In this document: positions 19,997-30,194 of the stretch, one piece after another
How positions within the stretch are numbered: position 1 is the first letter of the stretch
How the letters are laid out: each line of letters begins with the position of its first letter
Assembly (NCBI GenBank): GCA_034439575.1
Contig: JAWXAQ010000027.1
Span: 32,001-96,000 of the forward strand
Direction of reading: 5' to 3'
DNA: 64,000 bases
Source of the DNA: Leptospira sp.
Lineage (GTDB): Bacteria > Spirochaetota > Leptospiria > Leptospirales > Leptospiraceae
Position numbers and translations under genes: made by a program
The notes under the pieces: generated by a model
Told to the model about the DNA's origin: nothing
The model's input: only the letters and a program-made list of their open reading frames with translations
Database searches by the model: none

Positions 19997-20967
19997 GTAA
20001 AGTGTTGTTAGTCGGTTCTGGTGGAATGGCGGTCGAGTATTTAAAAGTACTAAAAAGTCTAAATCAGGAAGTCGTTGTCATTGGAAAAAGCATTGAATCC
20101 ATAAAAAAGTTAGGTGAACAATTTGATTATCCTGCTTTTTCAGGTGGCCTGGAAAATTTTAATTTTAATTCTATTGATAATATAGACTACGCAATCAATG
20201 CCGTTTCCGTTGAAGCCCTTTTTTCAACGACTCAGGTTTTGATTGATCAAGGCATCAAAAATATATTAATAGAAAAACCAGGTGCGATGGCAAAATCCGA
20301 AATTGAGATTATGTTAGAGCGTTCTCTTCAAAAGGGCATAAATGTAAGCATAGGTTATAATCGTAGATTTTATCAATCAGTGCAGAAAGCAAAAGAAATG
20401 ATCCAAGAGAATGGTGAGAAAATAAAATCATTTCACTTTGAATTTACAGAATGGGCTCATGTGATTAAAAGTTATAATTTTAGCCAAGATTTATTACAAA
20501 ATTGGTTTATAGCAAATTCAAGTCACTTAATCGACTTAGCTTTTTATCTAGGTGGCAAACCCAAAATAATTCATTCCTTAGTAGGTGGTGGTTTAGATTG
20601 GCATACATCAGGTTCAATATATGTAGGATCTGGAATTTCTGAAATAGGTGCTTTTTTTTCTTACCATTCAAATTGGACTGCGCCAGGAAGATGGTCTCTG
20701 GATGTTCTAACAGATAGTACTCGTTATATCTTCAAACCATTAGAAAAGTTACAAATTCAAAAGAATGGATCAGTGCAAATCGAAGAAGTAAACCAAGATA
20801 ATAATGTTGATATTGATTTTAAGCCAGGAATAAGGGATCAAGTTATTGCTTTCCTTGGTCAAGATAATTCTGTGTTATGCAGACTTGTAGAACAAGCGAG
20901 GCTTTGGGAAATTTATGATAAAATTAAATATGGATCTATCAAAATAGAAAACAGTGAAAACAAATGA
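19993..20967 (+). CDS. Gfo/Idh/MocA family oxidoreductase
   Basis: VGSGGMA, LIEKPG, GYNRRFY, NSSHLIDL. Confidence 0.82.
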   Translation: MSKVLLVGSGGMAVEYLKVLKSLNQEVVVIGKSIESIKKLGEQFDYPAFSGGLENFNFNSIDNIDYAINAVSVEALFSTTQVLIDQGIKNILIEKPGAMAKSEIEIMLERSLQKGINVSIGYNRRFYQSVQKAKEMIQENGEKIKSFHFEFTEWAHVIKSYNFSQDLLQNWFIANSSHLIDLAFYLGGKPKIIHSLVGGGLDWHTSGSIYVGSGISEIGAFFSYHSNWTAPGRWSLDVLTDSTRYIFKPLEKLQIQKNGSVQIEEVNQDNNVDIDFKPGIRDQVIAFLGQDNSVLCRLVEQARLWEIYDKIKYGSIKIENSENK

Positions 20968-22196
20968 GTAAAATGATTACAAACTGTAGAATTTGTAAGA
21001 GCAATGAGTTAACACCCATTGCCAATCTAGGTGTCCAAGCCTTCACGGGAATATTCCCTAAATCAAAAGAAGAAGAAGTTCCGAGTGGTAGCCTCGAACT
21101 CGTAAAATGTATGCATTGTGGACTTGTGCAATTGAGACATTCTTTTGATCTGAATTTGTTATATGGTCAGAATTATGGATATAGATCTGGATTGAACCAA
21201 TCAATGATTGCTCATTTACAAGCCACTGTAGAAAAAATTACTGAAATCGTGAACTTATCTAACGGTGATTTGGTTATCGATATAGGAAGTAATGACAGTA
21301 CACTTTTGCAAGCCTACCCCAAAAATCTTGATCTTGTAGGTATCGATCCCACTGGAGTTAAATTTAAAAGTTATTATCCAGACTATATTAGATTGGTTCC
21401 TGACTTTTTCTCGGCAGCTAACGCAAAGTTAGCGATCGGAAATAAAAAAGCAAAGATCATTACTTCTATTGCTATGTTTTACGATTTAGAAGATCCAACA
21501 CAGTTTATGGAAGATATTAGGGATGTTTTGGCAGATGATGGAATTTGGTACTTTGAACAAAGTTATATTCTTTCTATGTTAGATACAAATTCTTACGATA
21601 CCATATGCCATGAACATTTGGAATACTATGCATTAAAGCAGATCAAATGGATGACTGATAAAGTCGGTCTCCGAATTATTTCTGTTACATTAAATAAGGT
21701 AAATGGTGGGAGTTTTTCTATCATGGTTTGCAAAAAAGATGCAAATTATCCGGATAATTCTTCAGTTGTAAACAAAATGTTAGAACAAGAAGAAAAGCGG
21801 GGATTGGATAACCTCCAGATATATTTTGAATTCAACAATAGAATACAAGAATATAGAGATAAGCTAATCCAGTTCTTTAAAACCCAAAAAGATGCAGGAA
21901 AATTAGTAATCGGGTATGGAGCCTCCACAAAAGGAAATGTTATATTGCAATATTGTAATATAACAAGTGATTTGATGCCATACATAGCAGAAGTGAATCA
22001 GGAAAAATTTGGTCGTTTTACGCCTGGAACCAAAATCCCGATCATTTCAGAAGCAGAAGCAAAAAAACTTAATCCGGACTTTCTTTTTGTTTTACCATGG
22101 CATTTTAAAGAAAGTATAATCATCAGGGAACGCGAATACGTGAAAGCAGGCGGGCACCTGGCATTCCCGCTTCCTTATCTAGAGGTTATTTATTAG
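20964..22196 (+). CDS. NDP-hexose C-methyltransferase (Zn-binding, Methyltransf_13/14-type)
   Basis: CRIC...CMHC Zn motif, YGYRS, DIGSNDS, CHEHLEYY, GYGASTKGN, LPWHF. Confidence 0.85.
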   Translation: MSKMITNCRICKSNELTPIANLGVQAFTGIFPKSKEEEVPSGSLELVKCMHCGLVQLRHSFDLNLLYGQNYGYRSGLNQSMIAHLQATVEKITEIVNLSNGDLVIDIGSNDSTLLQAYPKNLDLVGIDPTGVKFKSYYPDYIRLVPDFFSAANAKLAIGNKKAKIITSIAMFYDLEDPTQFMEDIRDVLADDGIWYFEQSYILSMLDTNSYDTICHEHLEYYALKQIKWMTDKVGLRIISVTLNKVNGGSFSIMVCKKDANYPDNSSVVNKMLEQEEKRGLDNLQIYFEFNNRIQEYRDKLIQFFKTQKDAGKLVIGYGASTKGNVILQYCNITSDLMPYIAEVNQEKFGRFTPGTKIPIISEAEAKKLNPDFLFVLPWHFKESIIIREREYVKAGGHLAFPLPYLEVIY

Positions 22197-22201
22197 ATCT
22201 T

Positions 22202-23188
22202 ATGAAAGATAAGTATCAAACTATTTTTAGAGAATATTATTCCAAACAAGATTTTGTAGATCGTTTTAAGAAAAATAAATCTAATGCTATAGATGTATGT
22301 ATTCCAATTGTTCATACGAATGAACTTTGGGAAGCTAATCTAATTTCGATTTACCGCGAAATCCCAGTCAATAGGCTTTTGATAAGCGATGGTGGTTGTA
22401 TCGATGATTCAGTTTCAATAGTTAAAAAATTTCCTAGAGTAACCATCCTCGATCATAAGGAGTATAAGACTTTAGGTTATTGTATTAGAAAACTGATTGA
22501 AAACGTAGAGACAGAGTGGTTTGCATATCTTCATTCAGATGTATATTTACCGCCTAATTGGTTTGATACTATGATTGCTCACAAAGGAGAATTTGAATGG
22601 TTTGGTTGTCCTATGCGCCATACCGTCCTTGCAGATTATCCTGGCGAAAATGAAATTCGCCCCTATGCTGGAACGCAAATTGGTAAAAAAGAAGCTTTTT
22701 TACCAAACCTACATACGATTGATGATGATTATGTTTATAGGCAAGAAGATTTTGTTTTTGAAAATGTCGTTTCAAAATCAGGTTTCCGAAATGGCAAAAT
22801 AGAAGATACATTCCATTACCATCAAACAATGTTTAGGCCAAGCAAATGGTTTGATCTAAAAATTAAGAGTGTAAGTTTTGATTTAGTTAAAAAACCCGAA
22901 GAAATAGTTCGAGCCGCAGATATGCAAGTTAGGGGAACGATAAAATACTTAGCACCAAATAAATTTTTAGCATTTTGGATCATACCGAGTTTTGTGGATT
23001 TGATTGAAATGAAACAATTGAATTGGAAAGAATTTCGCCTTTGGGTAAAGGAAACAAATCCTGCATGGTTGCCCTATCTAAGTTATTGGAAAATACGATT
23101 GGTTCATCTCTGGCTCAGTCCGAGTTTAAGAACTAGGTTAAAAAATAGTTTAGCCAAGATATTTTTTAGACAAAAAGTTGTGAATTAG
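22202..23188 (+). CDS. Glycosyltransferase family 2 (GT-A)
   Basis: DVCIP, SDGGCIDDS, YLHSDV (DxD-like), QED. Confidence 0.75.
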   Translation: MKDKYQTIFREYYSKQDFVDRFKKNKSNAIDVCIPIVHTNELWEANLISIYREIPVNRLLISDGGCIDDSVSIVKKFPRVTILDHKEYKTLGYCIRKLIENVETEWFAYLHSDVYLPPNWFDTMIAHKGEFEWFGCPMRHTVLADYPGENEIRPYAGTQIGKKEAFLPNLHTIDDDYVYRQEDFVFENVVSKSGFRNGKIEDTFHYHQTMFRPSKWFDLKIKSVSFDLVKKPEEIVRAADMQVRGTIKYLAPNKFLAFWIIPSFVDLIEMKQLNWKEFRLWVKETNPAWLPYLSYWKIRLVHLWLSPSLRTRLKNSLAKIFFRQKVVN

Positions 23189-23219
23189 TATTGGTAATTT
23201 TTGTAAGGACTGAATTGAA

Positions 23220-24632
23220 ATGAGATTGCATGCGACTATGATCCTCCCGTTTTTAAATGCAATTTTAACTTTGTATTTTATAAAAAGCGAAGATTTTGAA
23301 AGTATTGAATTTCTTTATTATATTATAATAATTTTATTTGTTTATTCAATTTTTTCAGTCATTTTCAATTTTTTCAGAAATAAACTCGAAATTTTTTCGA
23401 ATATTGATCTGAGTTTATTTACGAGTTTATTAATATTCTCTTTTTTTGAAATATTATTCATTTTAACTCCGTCTTTATTTCCTTCATCTATTCGAAATTA
23501 TGCTGGAGAATCAATTGCATCCAAAAACAATCAAGGTGTTATAGAATATTTCGATCATACTCCCTACGCCAAGTTTAAACCAAATTCAGTGATTCAATCT
23601 GCAGGTGATTATGGTCCGCCTGAAAAATTTGCATACAGTTGGATGACCGATAGATTTGGATTTAAAAATTTGGAGACAATTGCGAATCAAGAAAATATTT
23701 CCGTTCTTGCAGTAGGCGATAGTTTTACCGAAGGAATGGGGGTCAAAGTAGAAAATACATATCCGAGTATCCTAACAGAGCTTGGAATCCCAACATACAA
23801 TTTGGGTGTACAAGGTAGTGCTCCTATACAATGGATGGGATATCTTGAAATGATTGGTAAAAACTTTAAACCAAAATTGGTCATAGTCGGATATTTACCA
23901 ACTGTATATGAAAGGGAAGGGGTTTTTTTAAATCGGGATGATAAAAACCGAGCTCTTCCTTCTGCCTTAGGTAGAATTTCAAAATTAAATCGAAAACATG
24001 AAATTAGAAATCAAAAGAAATTTTTAATTTCTGGATTAACATTATTTGCAGTATTTAACTTAATTCCCGAAATAAAAGAATTCCTACAACCCATCATCAA
24101 TAAATTTGACACAGATTTATCGGAAGACCCTAGATACATCGATACGAGTAAACTTGTAAAGTCCGATAAAATCAAAATTTCTAAAATGGCTAGGTACATT
24201 AAGGAATTTAAACGAGTGGAACAAAAAGGACTAACGAAAGAAGAGATCGAAGTTAGTCCCGAATGGAAAAGTTTTGAAAAACAAATATTAGAAATTCAAA
24301 AAAAGACAAAAGCAATAGGATCGAATTTTTTACTTCTGACTTTACCACATAGAGATTTAGTATATTATGAAATAGCAACTGGCCTTAATCCTCCCAGTTA
24401 TAATTTTTCAAGTATCGAGATCGAATTGATAAAAGAATTTTCAAAAAGAAATAATATTCTAACATTTGATGTGACTCCTATCTTCGTAAAATACTCCAAT
24501 GGTCTCAGAGAAGATACACCATTAGATGAATATCCTTATTTGGAAATTGATGGTCATTTAAATGCTAGAGGGAATCGGTTGCTTGCCGAATCAATAAAAA
24601 CATTTATTGTTAATTCGAAACTATTGAGATAA
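23220..24632 (+). CDS. Membrane-anchored SGNH/GDSL hydrolase-family protein
   Basis: N-terminal TM helices; VGDSFTEG, NLGVQG, DGHLN..GN blocks. Confidence 0.8.
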   Translation: MRLHATMILPFLNAILTLYFIKSEDFESIEFLYYIIIILFVYSIFSVIFNFFRNKLEIFSNIDLSLFTSLLIFSFFEILFILTPSLFPSSIRNYAGESIASKNNQGVIEYFDHTPYAKFKPNSVIQSAGDYGPPEKFAYSWMTDRFGFKNLETIANQENISVLAVGDSFTEGMGVKVENTYPSILTELGIPTYNLGVQGSAPIQWMGYLEMIGKNFKPKLVIVGYLPTVYEREGVFLNRDDKNRALPSALGRISKLNRKHEIRNQKKFLISGLTLFAVFNLIPEIKEFLQPIINKFDTDLSEDPRYIDTSKLVKSDKIKISKMARYIKEFKRVEQKGLTKEEIEVSPEWKSFEKQILEIQKKTKAIGSNFLLLTLPHRDLVYYEIATGLNPPSYNFSSIEIELIKEFSKRNNILTFDVTPIFVKYSNGLREDTPLDEYPYLEIDGHLNARGNRLLAESIKTFIVNSKLLR

Positions 24633-24665
24633 TTTTTCTTCGAATCAAAAATCAAATTCCTAAAA

Positions 24666-25931
24666 ATGAAATATGCTGATATTGTATTAAATTCCTGGAG
24701 AAGTTTTGACCAATTTCTTGCAAAAATAAAAAATTCAGAGAAAGAATTTCTATACTTTGTAAGAAATTTGTATGTAGCTAACATTGAGTTAGAAAGTAGG
24801 TCAAAATGGATAGATGGACCCCTCCATTTTTTGCATATTTGTTTTTCTATTTTTAATTTATTTCTTAGGGAGCCATCATTATCGGAACATCATAATATAC
24901 TTATACTTGAAATTAATCATAACCAGGATAAATATTTAAGTGAAAGAACTGGAATTCCATTAGGGAAAATTAATTGGAAATTAAAGAGAAATTTTACCAT
25001 TATAGGTGATCTTAAAATATTTTATGAATGGATCAAATATTGTTATCAATTAGTATTTAAATCTGGTTTACAGTTTTTTCCATGTTATAAAACTTTTGGC
25101 TTTCTTTTAAATGGTTTAATCGTATATTCTAAAATAAATTTAGAAGGTATAGAAAAGATTATTACACAAAGAGATCGTTATCCAGAAGAAATCGGAATTT
25201 TAAAAAAAGCTAAAGAAGCAAAGATAACTACTGCTAAGTTTGATAATTTTCTATCCTTAGGTTCGGTTAATCATAACAGCATATACTGTGACTATTATTT
25301 GTATCCGAATCAAATCAATGCCAATCATTTCCGAAAGTATCCCCAAAATGAAACTGTCAAATTTATTGAGGTAGGATTTCCTTTTTGGGATGATATGGCA
25401 AAGTACCATTGGAATCCGAAAAAAGATGTAAAGATCATTACTTTTTTTAGTCAATACGGTTTTGATTTAGGCATATTTGGAGAGAAGGGACCTTTATACT
25501 ATATTGAAGAATTAATAAGTGTTATGGATGATAGTTTTATTCTTTTTATCAAAAAACATCCATTAGAGAAGGAATCCTCCTTCAAAAATCTTATTTCTGA
25601 ACGTATTAAAATTTTAAAACCAGGTGAATTTGAGAATGGAGAACTGTTTTCGATGTCTACATTTGTTTTTTCACTCGCTTCCCAAGCTTTGATCGAATCC
25701 AAACATATCAACCCACAATCCGCATATATAAATTATTTTCCTGAAGAAAGTTTGGATTGGGACTATCGTCTGTTAAATGATAAATTGGATTTGCTTCAAA
25801 GCAGAAAAGAATTGGAATATTTTCTATATGAAAAGAAAGATTTTGTCACTAGTCAAGATTTCATTTCCTCATTTAACCCGACTTATCCACATTCAATGGA
25901 AAAAATCAGTAAAGTGATTCGAGAAATTTAA
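24666..25931 (+). CDS. Hypothetical protein, candidate GT-B CMP-sugar transferase
   Basis: VGFPFWD, IKKHPLE and SLASQALIES motifs; lies immediately upstream of neuC. Confidence 0.45.
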   Translation: MKYADIVLNSWRSFDQFLAKIKNSEKEFLYFVRNLYVANIELESRSKWIDGPLHFLHICFSIFNLFLREPSLSEHHNILILEINHNQDKYLSERTGIPLGKINWKLKRNFTIIGDLKIFYEWIKYCYQLVFKSGLQFFPCYKTFGFLLNGLIVYSKINLEGIEKIITQRDRYPEEIGILKKAKEAKITTAKFDNFLSLGSVNHNSIYCDYYLYPNQINANHFRKYPQNETVKFIEVGFPFWDDMAKYHWNPKKDVKIITFFSQYGFDLGIFGEKGPLYYIEELISVMDDSFILFIKKHPLEKESSFKNLISERIKILKPGEFENGELFSMSTFVFSLASQALIESKHINPQSAYINYFPEESLDWDYRLLNDKLDLLQSRKELEYFLYEKKDFVTSQDFISSFNPTYPHSMEKISKVIREI

Positions 25932-25950
25932 ATATGGTAAAAAAGTTTAA

Positions 25951-27099
25951 ATGAGAATTTGTGTTATCACTGGAAGTCGGGCAGAATATGGACTTTTATT
26001 CCCATTGATGAAAGCTCTGAGCGTGGATTCATTTTTTGAGTTACAAATTATTGTGACAGGAATGCATTTATCTCATGAATTTGGAAATACATACAAAGAA
26101 ATTGAAAAAGACGGATTTTATATTAATAAAAAAATAGAAATATTACTCTCTTCTGATACTTCAGTCGGAATCGCAAAAACAATGGGCCTTGCAATGATTA
26201 GTGCGGCCGAATGTCTCGATGATTTAAAACCAGATTTAGTTGTTATCTTAGGTGATCGCTATGAAAGCTTTGCCATAGCAAGTGTTTGTGTAGTTTCACG
26301 AATTCCCATAGCTCATCTCCATGGTGGTGAGGCGACAGAAGGTTTAATTGATGATCCTTTTCGTCATTCAATCACAAAGATGTCTCATTTGCATTTTTGT
26401 GCTTTGGATGAATATCGAAATCGCATCATACAGTTAGGTGAGAACCCAGAGACCGTTTTTACTGTGGGCGCATTGGGATTGGACAATATTTTAAATTTCA
26501 AATTGTTATCCAAGGAAGAAATTGAAAAAAAATATGATTTCAAATTTCTTGAAAAAAATCTATTAGTTACGTTTCATCCAGTTACTCTCGAAAATTCGAC
26601 AGCCAGTTTTCAATTCACTCAGCTTTTAAATGCGATTGATAAGTTACAAGATACCTTCGTAATTTTTACAAAACCAAATTCAGATACAGACGGCAGAGTC
26701 ATCATATCTCTAATAGATGATTATGTAAAAGAAAACCCAAGGAAATCTATCGGTTTTCAATCAATGGGCCAATTAAATTATTTAAGTACTTTGCAATTCG
26801 TTGATATGGCAGTTGGAAATTCATCTAGCGGTTTATTGGAAGTTCCATCTTTTAGAAAAGGTACTGTTAATATTGGGGATAGACAAAATGGTAGATTTAA
26901 ACCAAAAACTGTTTTGGATTGTGCACCATCAGAAGAAGAAATTTTTAATTCCATCCAAAAAGTGTATTCGAATGAATTTCAAACTATGTTATCTACCTTC
27001 GTAAGTCCATTAGGTGATGGCAAAGCTGCAGCGAAAATTGTAAATTTCATTAAGAATTCAAAAATTAATTTAAAGAAAAAATTTCACAATATTTTATGA
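25951..27099 (+). CDS. neuC: Hydrolysing NDP-sugar 2-epimerase (NeuC/LegG)
   Basis: TGSRAEYG, TGMHLS.EFG, LGDRYE, HLHGGE, TFHPVT, GNSSSG, NIGDRQ.GR. Confidence 0.93.
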   Translation: MRICVITGSRAEYGLLFPLMKALSVDSFFELQIIVTGMHLSHEFGNTYKEIEKDGFYINKKIEILLSSDTSVGIAKTMGLAMISAAECLDDLKPDLVVILGDRYESFAIASVCVVSRIPIAHLHGGEATEGLIDDPFRHSITKMSHLHFCALDEYRNRIIQLGENPETVFTVGALGLDNILNFKLLSKEEIEKKYDFKFLEKNLLVTFHPVTLENSTASFQFTQLLNAIDKLQDTFVIFTKPNSDTDGRVIISLIDDYVKENPRKSIGFQSMGQLNYLSTLQFVDMAVGNSSSGLLEVPSFRKGTVNIGDRQNGRFKPKTVLDCAPSEEEIFNSIQKVYSNEFQTMLSTFVSPLGDGKAAAKIVNFIKNSKINLKKKFHNIL

Positions 27100-27974
27100 G
27101 AATACTATTTATTGGATCAGTCCAATTCTCCGAATCTGCTTTACTCAAATTGATACAATTAAAGGCAGAAATAGTCGGAATCATTTCTAAAGAAAAGGCA
27201 GGTATCAATAGCGATTATGTCGATTTATCTAAGTTAGCTGGCGAAATTCCATTTATGTATACAGAAAATATAAATGATGAGAGGACAGTTTCTTGGGTGA
27301 AAGGTATCAAACCAGATATAATTTTTTGTTTTGGTTGGTCATCACTGATTAAAAATGAAATATTGAAAATACCTCGTATGGGAATAGTAGGGTTTCATCC
27401 AGCCGAATTACCTTTCAATAGAGGAAGACATCCCATCATTTGGGCATTGGCTCTCGGATTAGAAAATACAGCTTCTACTTTTTTCTTCATGGACGAAGGT
27501 GCTGATAGTGGTGATATTCTAAGTCAAAAGAAGATACTTATTGATTATAAAGACGATGCGGAATCGCTTTATAAAAAAATTACAGAGACTGCTTTAAATC
27601 AAATCAATGACTTTTTACCAAAATTACAAACAAACACATATAATAAAATATCACAAGATCATCGTTTAGCAAATACTTGGCGGAAAAGAGGTAAAATAGA
27701 TGGAAAAATTGATTTTCGGATGTCATCCTATTCAATTTATAATTTAGTAAGAGCACTCACCAAACCGTACGTTGGTGCTCACATAGAATATTTAGGAAAA
27801 GAATTTAAAATTTGGAAAGTTTCTGAAATTTCATTCCATCAAAAGAATGTGGAACCTGGTAAAATCATCGAAATTTTGGATGGAAAAGTGATTGTTAAAA
27901 CTGGGGACACAGCAATTCAAATTGAAGACCATCAAATTCTTGAAACTTTAGAAATAGGTAATTATTTATTATGA
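27096..27974 (+). CDS. Sugar N-formyltransferase (Fmt-like)
   Basis: GFHPAELP.NRGRHP, DEGADSGDI, VRAL..PY.GA. Confidence 0.88.
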   Translation: MRILFIGSVQFSESALLKLIQLKAEIVGIISKEKAGINSDYVDLSKLAGEIPFMYTENINDERTVSWVKGIKPDIIFCFGWSSLIKNEILKIPRMGIVGFHPAELPFNRGRHPIIWALALGLENTASTFFFMDEGADSGDILSQKKILIDYKDDAESLYKKITETALNQINDFLPKLQTNTYNKISQDHRLANTWRKRGKIDGKIDFRMSSYSIYNLVRALTKPYVGAHIEYLGKEFKIWKVSEISFHQKNVEPGKIIEILDGKVIVKTGDTAIQIEDHQILETLEIGNYLL

Positions 27975-28648
27975 CTTCACTTCTCGTTGTATCTCCCCAC
28001 CCAGATGATGAAACTTTAGGTGCTGGTGGTCTTATTTTAAAAACGAAACAGATGGGGTTTCCAACTTACTGGCTAAACATTACAAACATGAGTCTTAGTT
28101 ATGGTTGGGAGCAAGATAGAATCGATCAAAGAAAGACCGAAATTGAAAAAGTAATATCTAGTTACCAAGTAGATAAGTATCTAAGTTTAGATCTAGAACC
28201 TGTCGGTCTTGATAAATATCCTCGATCCGAAATAGTTTTAAAAATTTCCACTGTGTTTAATCAACTTAAACCTGAAATGATTGTCATTCCTTGGAAGTCA
28301 GATCCGCATTCGGATCATAATGTTGTCTATGAGTCTGTCATCTCAGCATCTAAGAGTTTTCGTTATCCTTTTATTAAAAAAATTCTCGCAATGGAGATTC
28401 TTTCCGAGACAAATTTTAGTGACTTTGACGATTTTTCACCTAACTACTTTGTGGACATAACAGGTTTCTTAGATAAAAAAATTCAAATCATGAATATATA
28501 TAAATCTGAAATGGGAAATCATCCATTTCCAAGAAGCGATGAAGCTCTCAGGTCATTGGCTGTGCTTCGGGGTAGCCAAGCGGGTGTTGTACATGCTGAA
28601 GCCTTTAGAGTCATAAAGATTATAGATAAACAAAATCAAAAAATATGA
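27971..28648 (+). CDS. PIG-L/LmbE family N-deacetylase
   Basis: SPHPDDETLG, DPHSDH, YKSEM..HPFPRS, AEAF. Confidence 0.9.
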   Translation: MTSLLVVSPHPDDETLGAGGLILKTKQMGFPTYWLNITNMSLSYGWEQDRIDQRKTEIEKVISSYQVDKYLSLDLEPVGLDKYPRSEIVLKISTVFNQLKPEMIVIPWKSDPHSDHNVVYESVISASKSFRYPFIKKILAMEILSETNFSDFDDFSPNYFVDITGFLDKKIQIMNIYKSEMGNHPFPRSDEALRSLAVLRGSQAGVVHAEAFRVIKIIDKQNQKI

Positions 28649-28664
28649 ATAGAACAATAAATAG

Positions 28665-29522
28665 ATGATACATAGAGTTATTGCAAGACTTGATATTAAA
28701 GGACCAAATTTAGTTAAGGGCATACATTTAGAAGGGCTAAGAGTATTAGGAAGTCCTGAACAATTTGCAAAGTATTATTATGATTCTGGAGCCGATGAGC
28801 TCTTGTATATGGATGTAGTAGCCAGTCTCTACAACAGAAATAGTTTACGTGAAATCATTACGCGAACTGCCAAAGAGATATTTATTCCGCTTACAGTTGG
28901 TGGCGGTCTTCGGAGTCTCGAAGATATAAATGATGTTTTGCGAGCAGGTGCGGATAAAATTTGTATTAACACAGCTGCTATCAAAAATCCAGAAATAATC
29001 AAACAAGCATCAAGAAAATTTGGGTCTTCGACTATTGTCGTTGCGATAGAAGCCATTCAACAACCTGACGGGAGTTATTTGGCTTACACTGATAATGGAA
29101 GAGAGCATACAGGTGTCGATGTATTTGAATGGGCCAGGAAAGTAGAAGCTCTTGGCGCTGGAGAAATTTTAATTACTTCGGTCGACAAGGAAGGAACAGG
29201 AAGTGGATTTGAAATCAACTTAATAAATGAAGTTTGTAATCAAGTTTCTATTCCTGTCATTGCTCATGGTGGTTGTGGAAAAAAAGAGCATTTATTAAAT
29301 TTGTTTCAAGAAACAAAGGCTTCTGCAGCATCTATATCCAGTATATTGCATTATTCTTATATAGATAAACATAGCAATACATTTGTAGGTGGAGAGGAAG
29401 GGAACATCGATTTTTTGAAAAGCGGAAGATTATTTAAAAATATCGATAAAACCTACATCAGCGAAATAAAACAATATTTGAACCAAAATAATATCGAATG
29501 TCGGATTGATTATGATGAGTAA
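28665..29522 (+). CDS. hisF: LPS-type HisF paralog (cyclase fold)
   Basis: [45 protein letters not shown]. Confidence 0.88.
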   Translation: MIHRVIARLDIKGPNLVKGIHLEGLRVLGSPEQFAKYYYDSGADELLYMDVVASLYNRNSLREIITRTAKEIFIPLTVGGGLRSLEDINDVLRAGADKICINTAAIKNPEIIKQASRKFGSSTIVVAIEAIQQPDGSYLAYTDNGREHTGVDVFEWARKVEALGAGEILITSVDKEGTGSGFEINLINEVCNQVSIPVIAHGGCGKKEHLLNLFQETKASAASISSILHYSYIDKHSNTFVGGEEGNIDFLKSGRLFKNIDKTYISEIKQYLNQNNIECRIDYDE

Positions 29523-30192
29523 TAATACTTCTAATGTAGTCATTGTTGATTACGATATGGGAAATTTATTTAGTGTGCAGCACGCATGTAAGAAAGTCGG
29601 GCTTGAACATACCGTATCTTCAGACCCGGAAAAAATTTCCAATGCCGAGGCGATTATATTACCGGGTGTAGGTGCATTTGGTGACGCTATGGTTCATCTT
29701 AAAAAATTGGACTTGATATCACCTATCCTTGATTTTGTGGCAACAGGTCGACCATTGATGGGAATTTGTCTTGGTATGCAGCTACTTTTTAGTGAGAGTG
29801 AAGAATTTGGTTCCACCAAAGGTTTGGATATTATTTCAGGAAATGTATTAAAATTTCCCAAAATATCACCTACAGGAAAAACATTAGCAATTCCTCAAAT
29901 TAATTGGAATTCCATACAAAAACCTAAATCAAGAAAAGACTCATGGAATGATTCTCCTTTAAGAGAGAATTCCGAGAAAGACTTTATGTATTTTATACAT
30001 TCATTCTATGTGAGTCCGCAAAATGTTAGTGATGTGATCGCTTTTACCGACTACGAAGGATTTGAATATTGTTCAGCGATACAAAGGAATAATGTATTCG
30101 CAGTTCAATTTCATCCAGAAAAGAGCGGAGAAAAAGGTATACGAATTTATAGTTCATTTAGAGATATGATTCTTAAAAGGAAGAAGGCATAA
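29506..30192 (+). CDS. hisH: Glutamine amidotransferase subunit, LPS-type HisH paralog
   Basis: DYDMGNL, LPGVGAF, GICLGMQ, YFIHSFY, QFHPEKS. ATG at 29512 or 29515 is the likely start. Confidence 0.9.
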   Translation: MIMMSNNTSNVVIVDYDMGNLFSVQHACKKVGLEHTVSSDPEKISNAEAIILPGVGAFGDAMVHLKKLDLISPILDFVATGRPLMGICLGMQLLFSESEEFGSTKGLDIISGNVLKFPKISPTGKTLAIPQINWNSIQKPKSRKDSWNDSPLRENSEKDFMYFIHSFYVSPQNVSDVIAFTDYEGFEYCSAIQRNNVFAVQFHPEKSGEKGIRIYSSFRDMILKRKKA

Positions 30193-30194
30193 AT

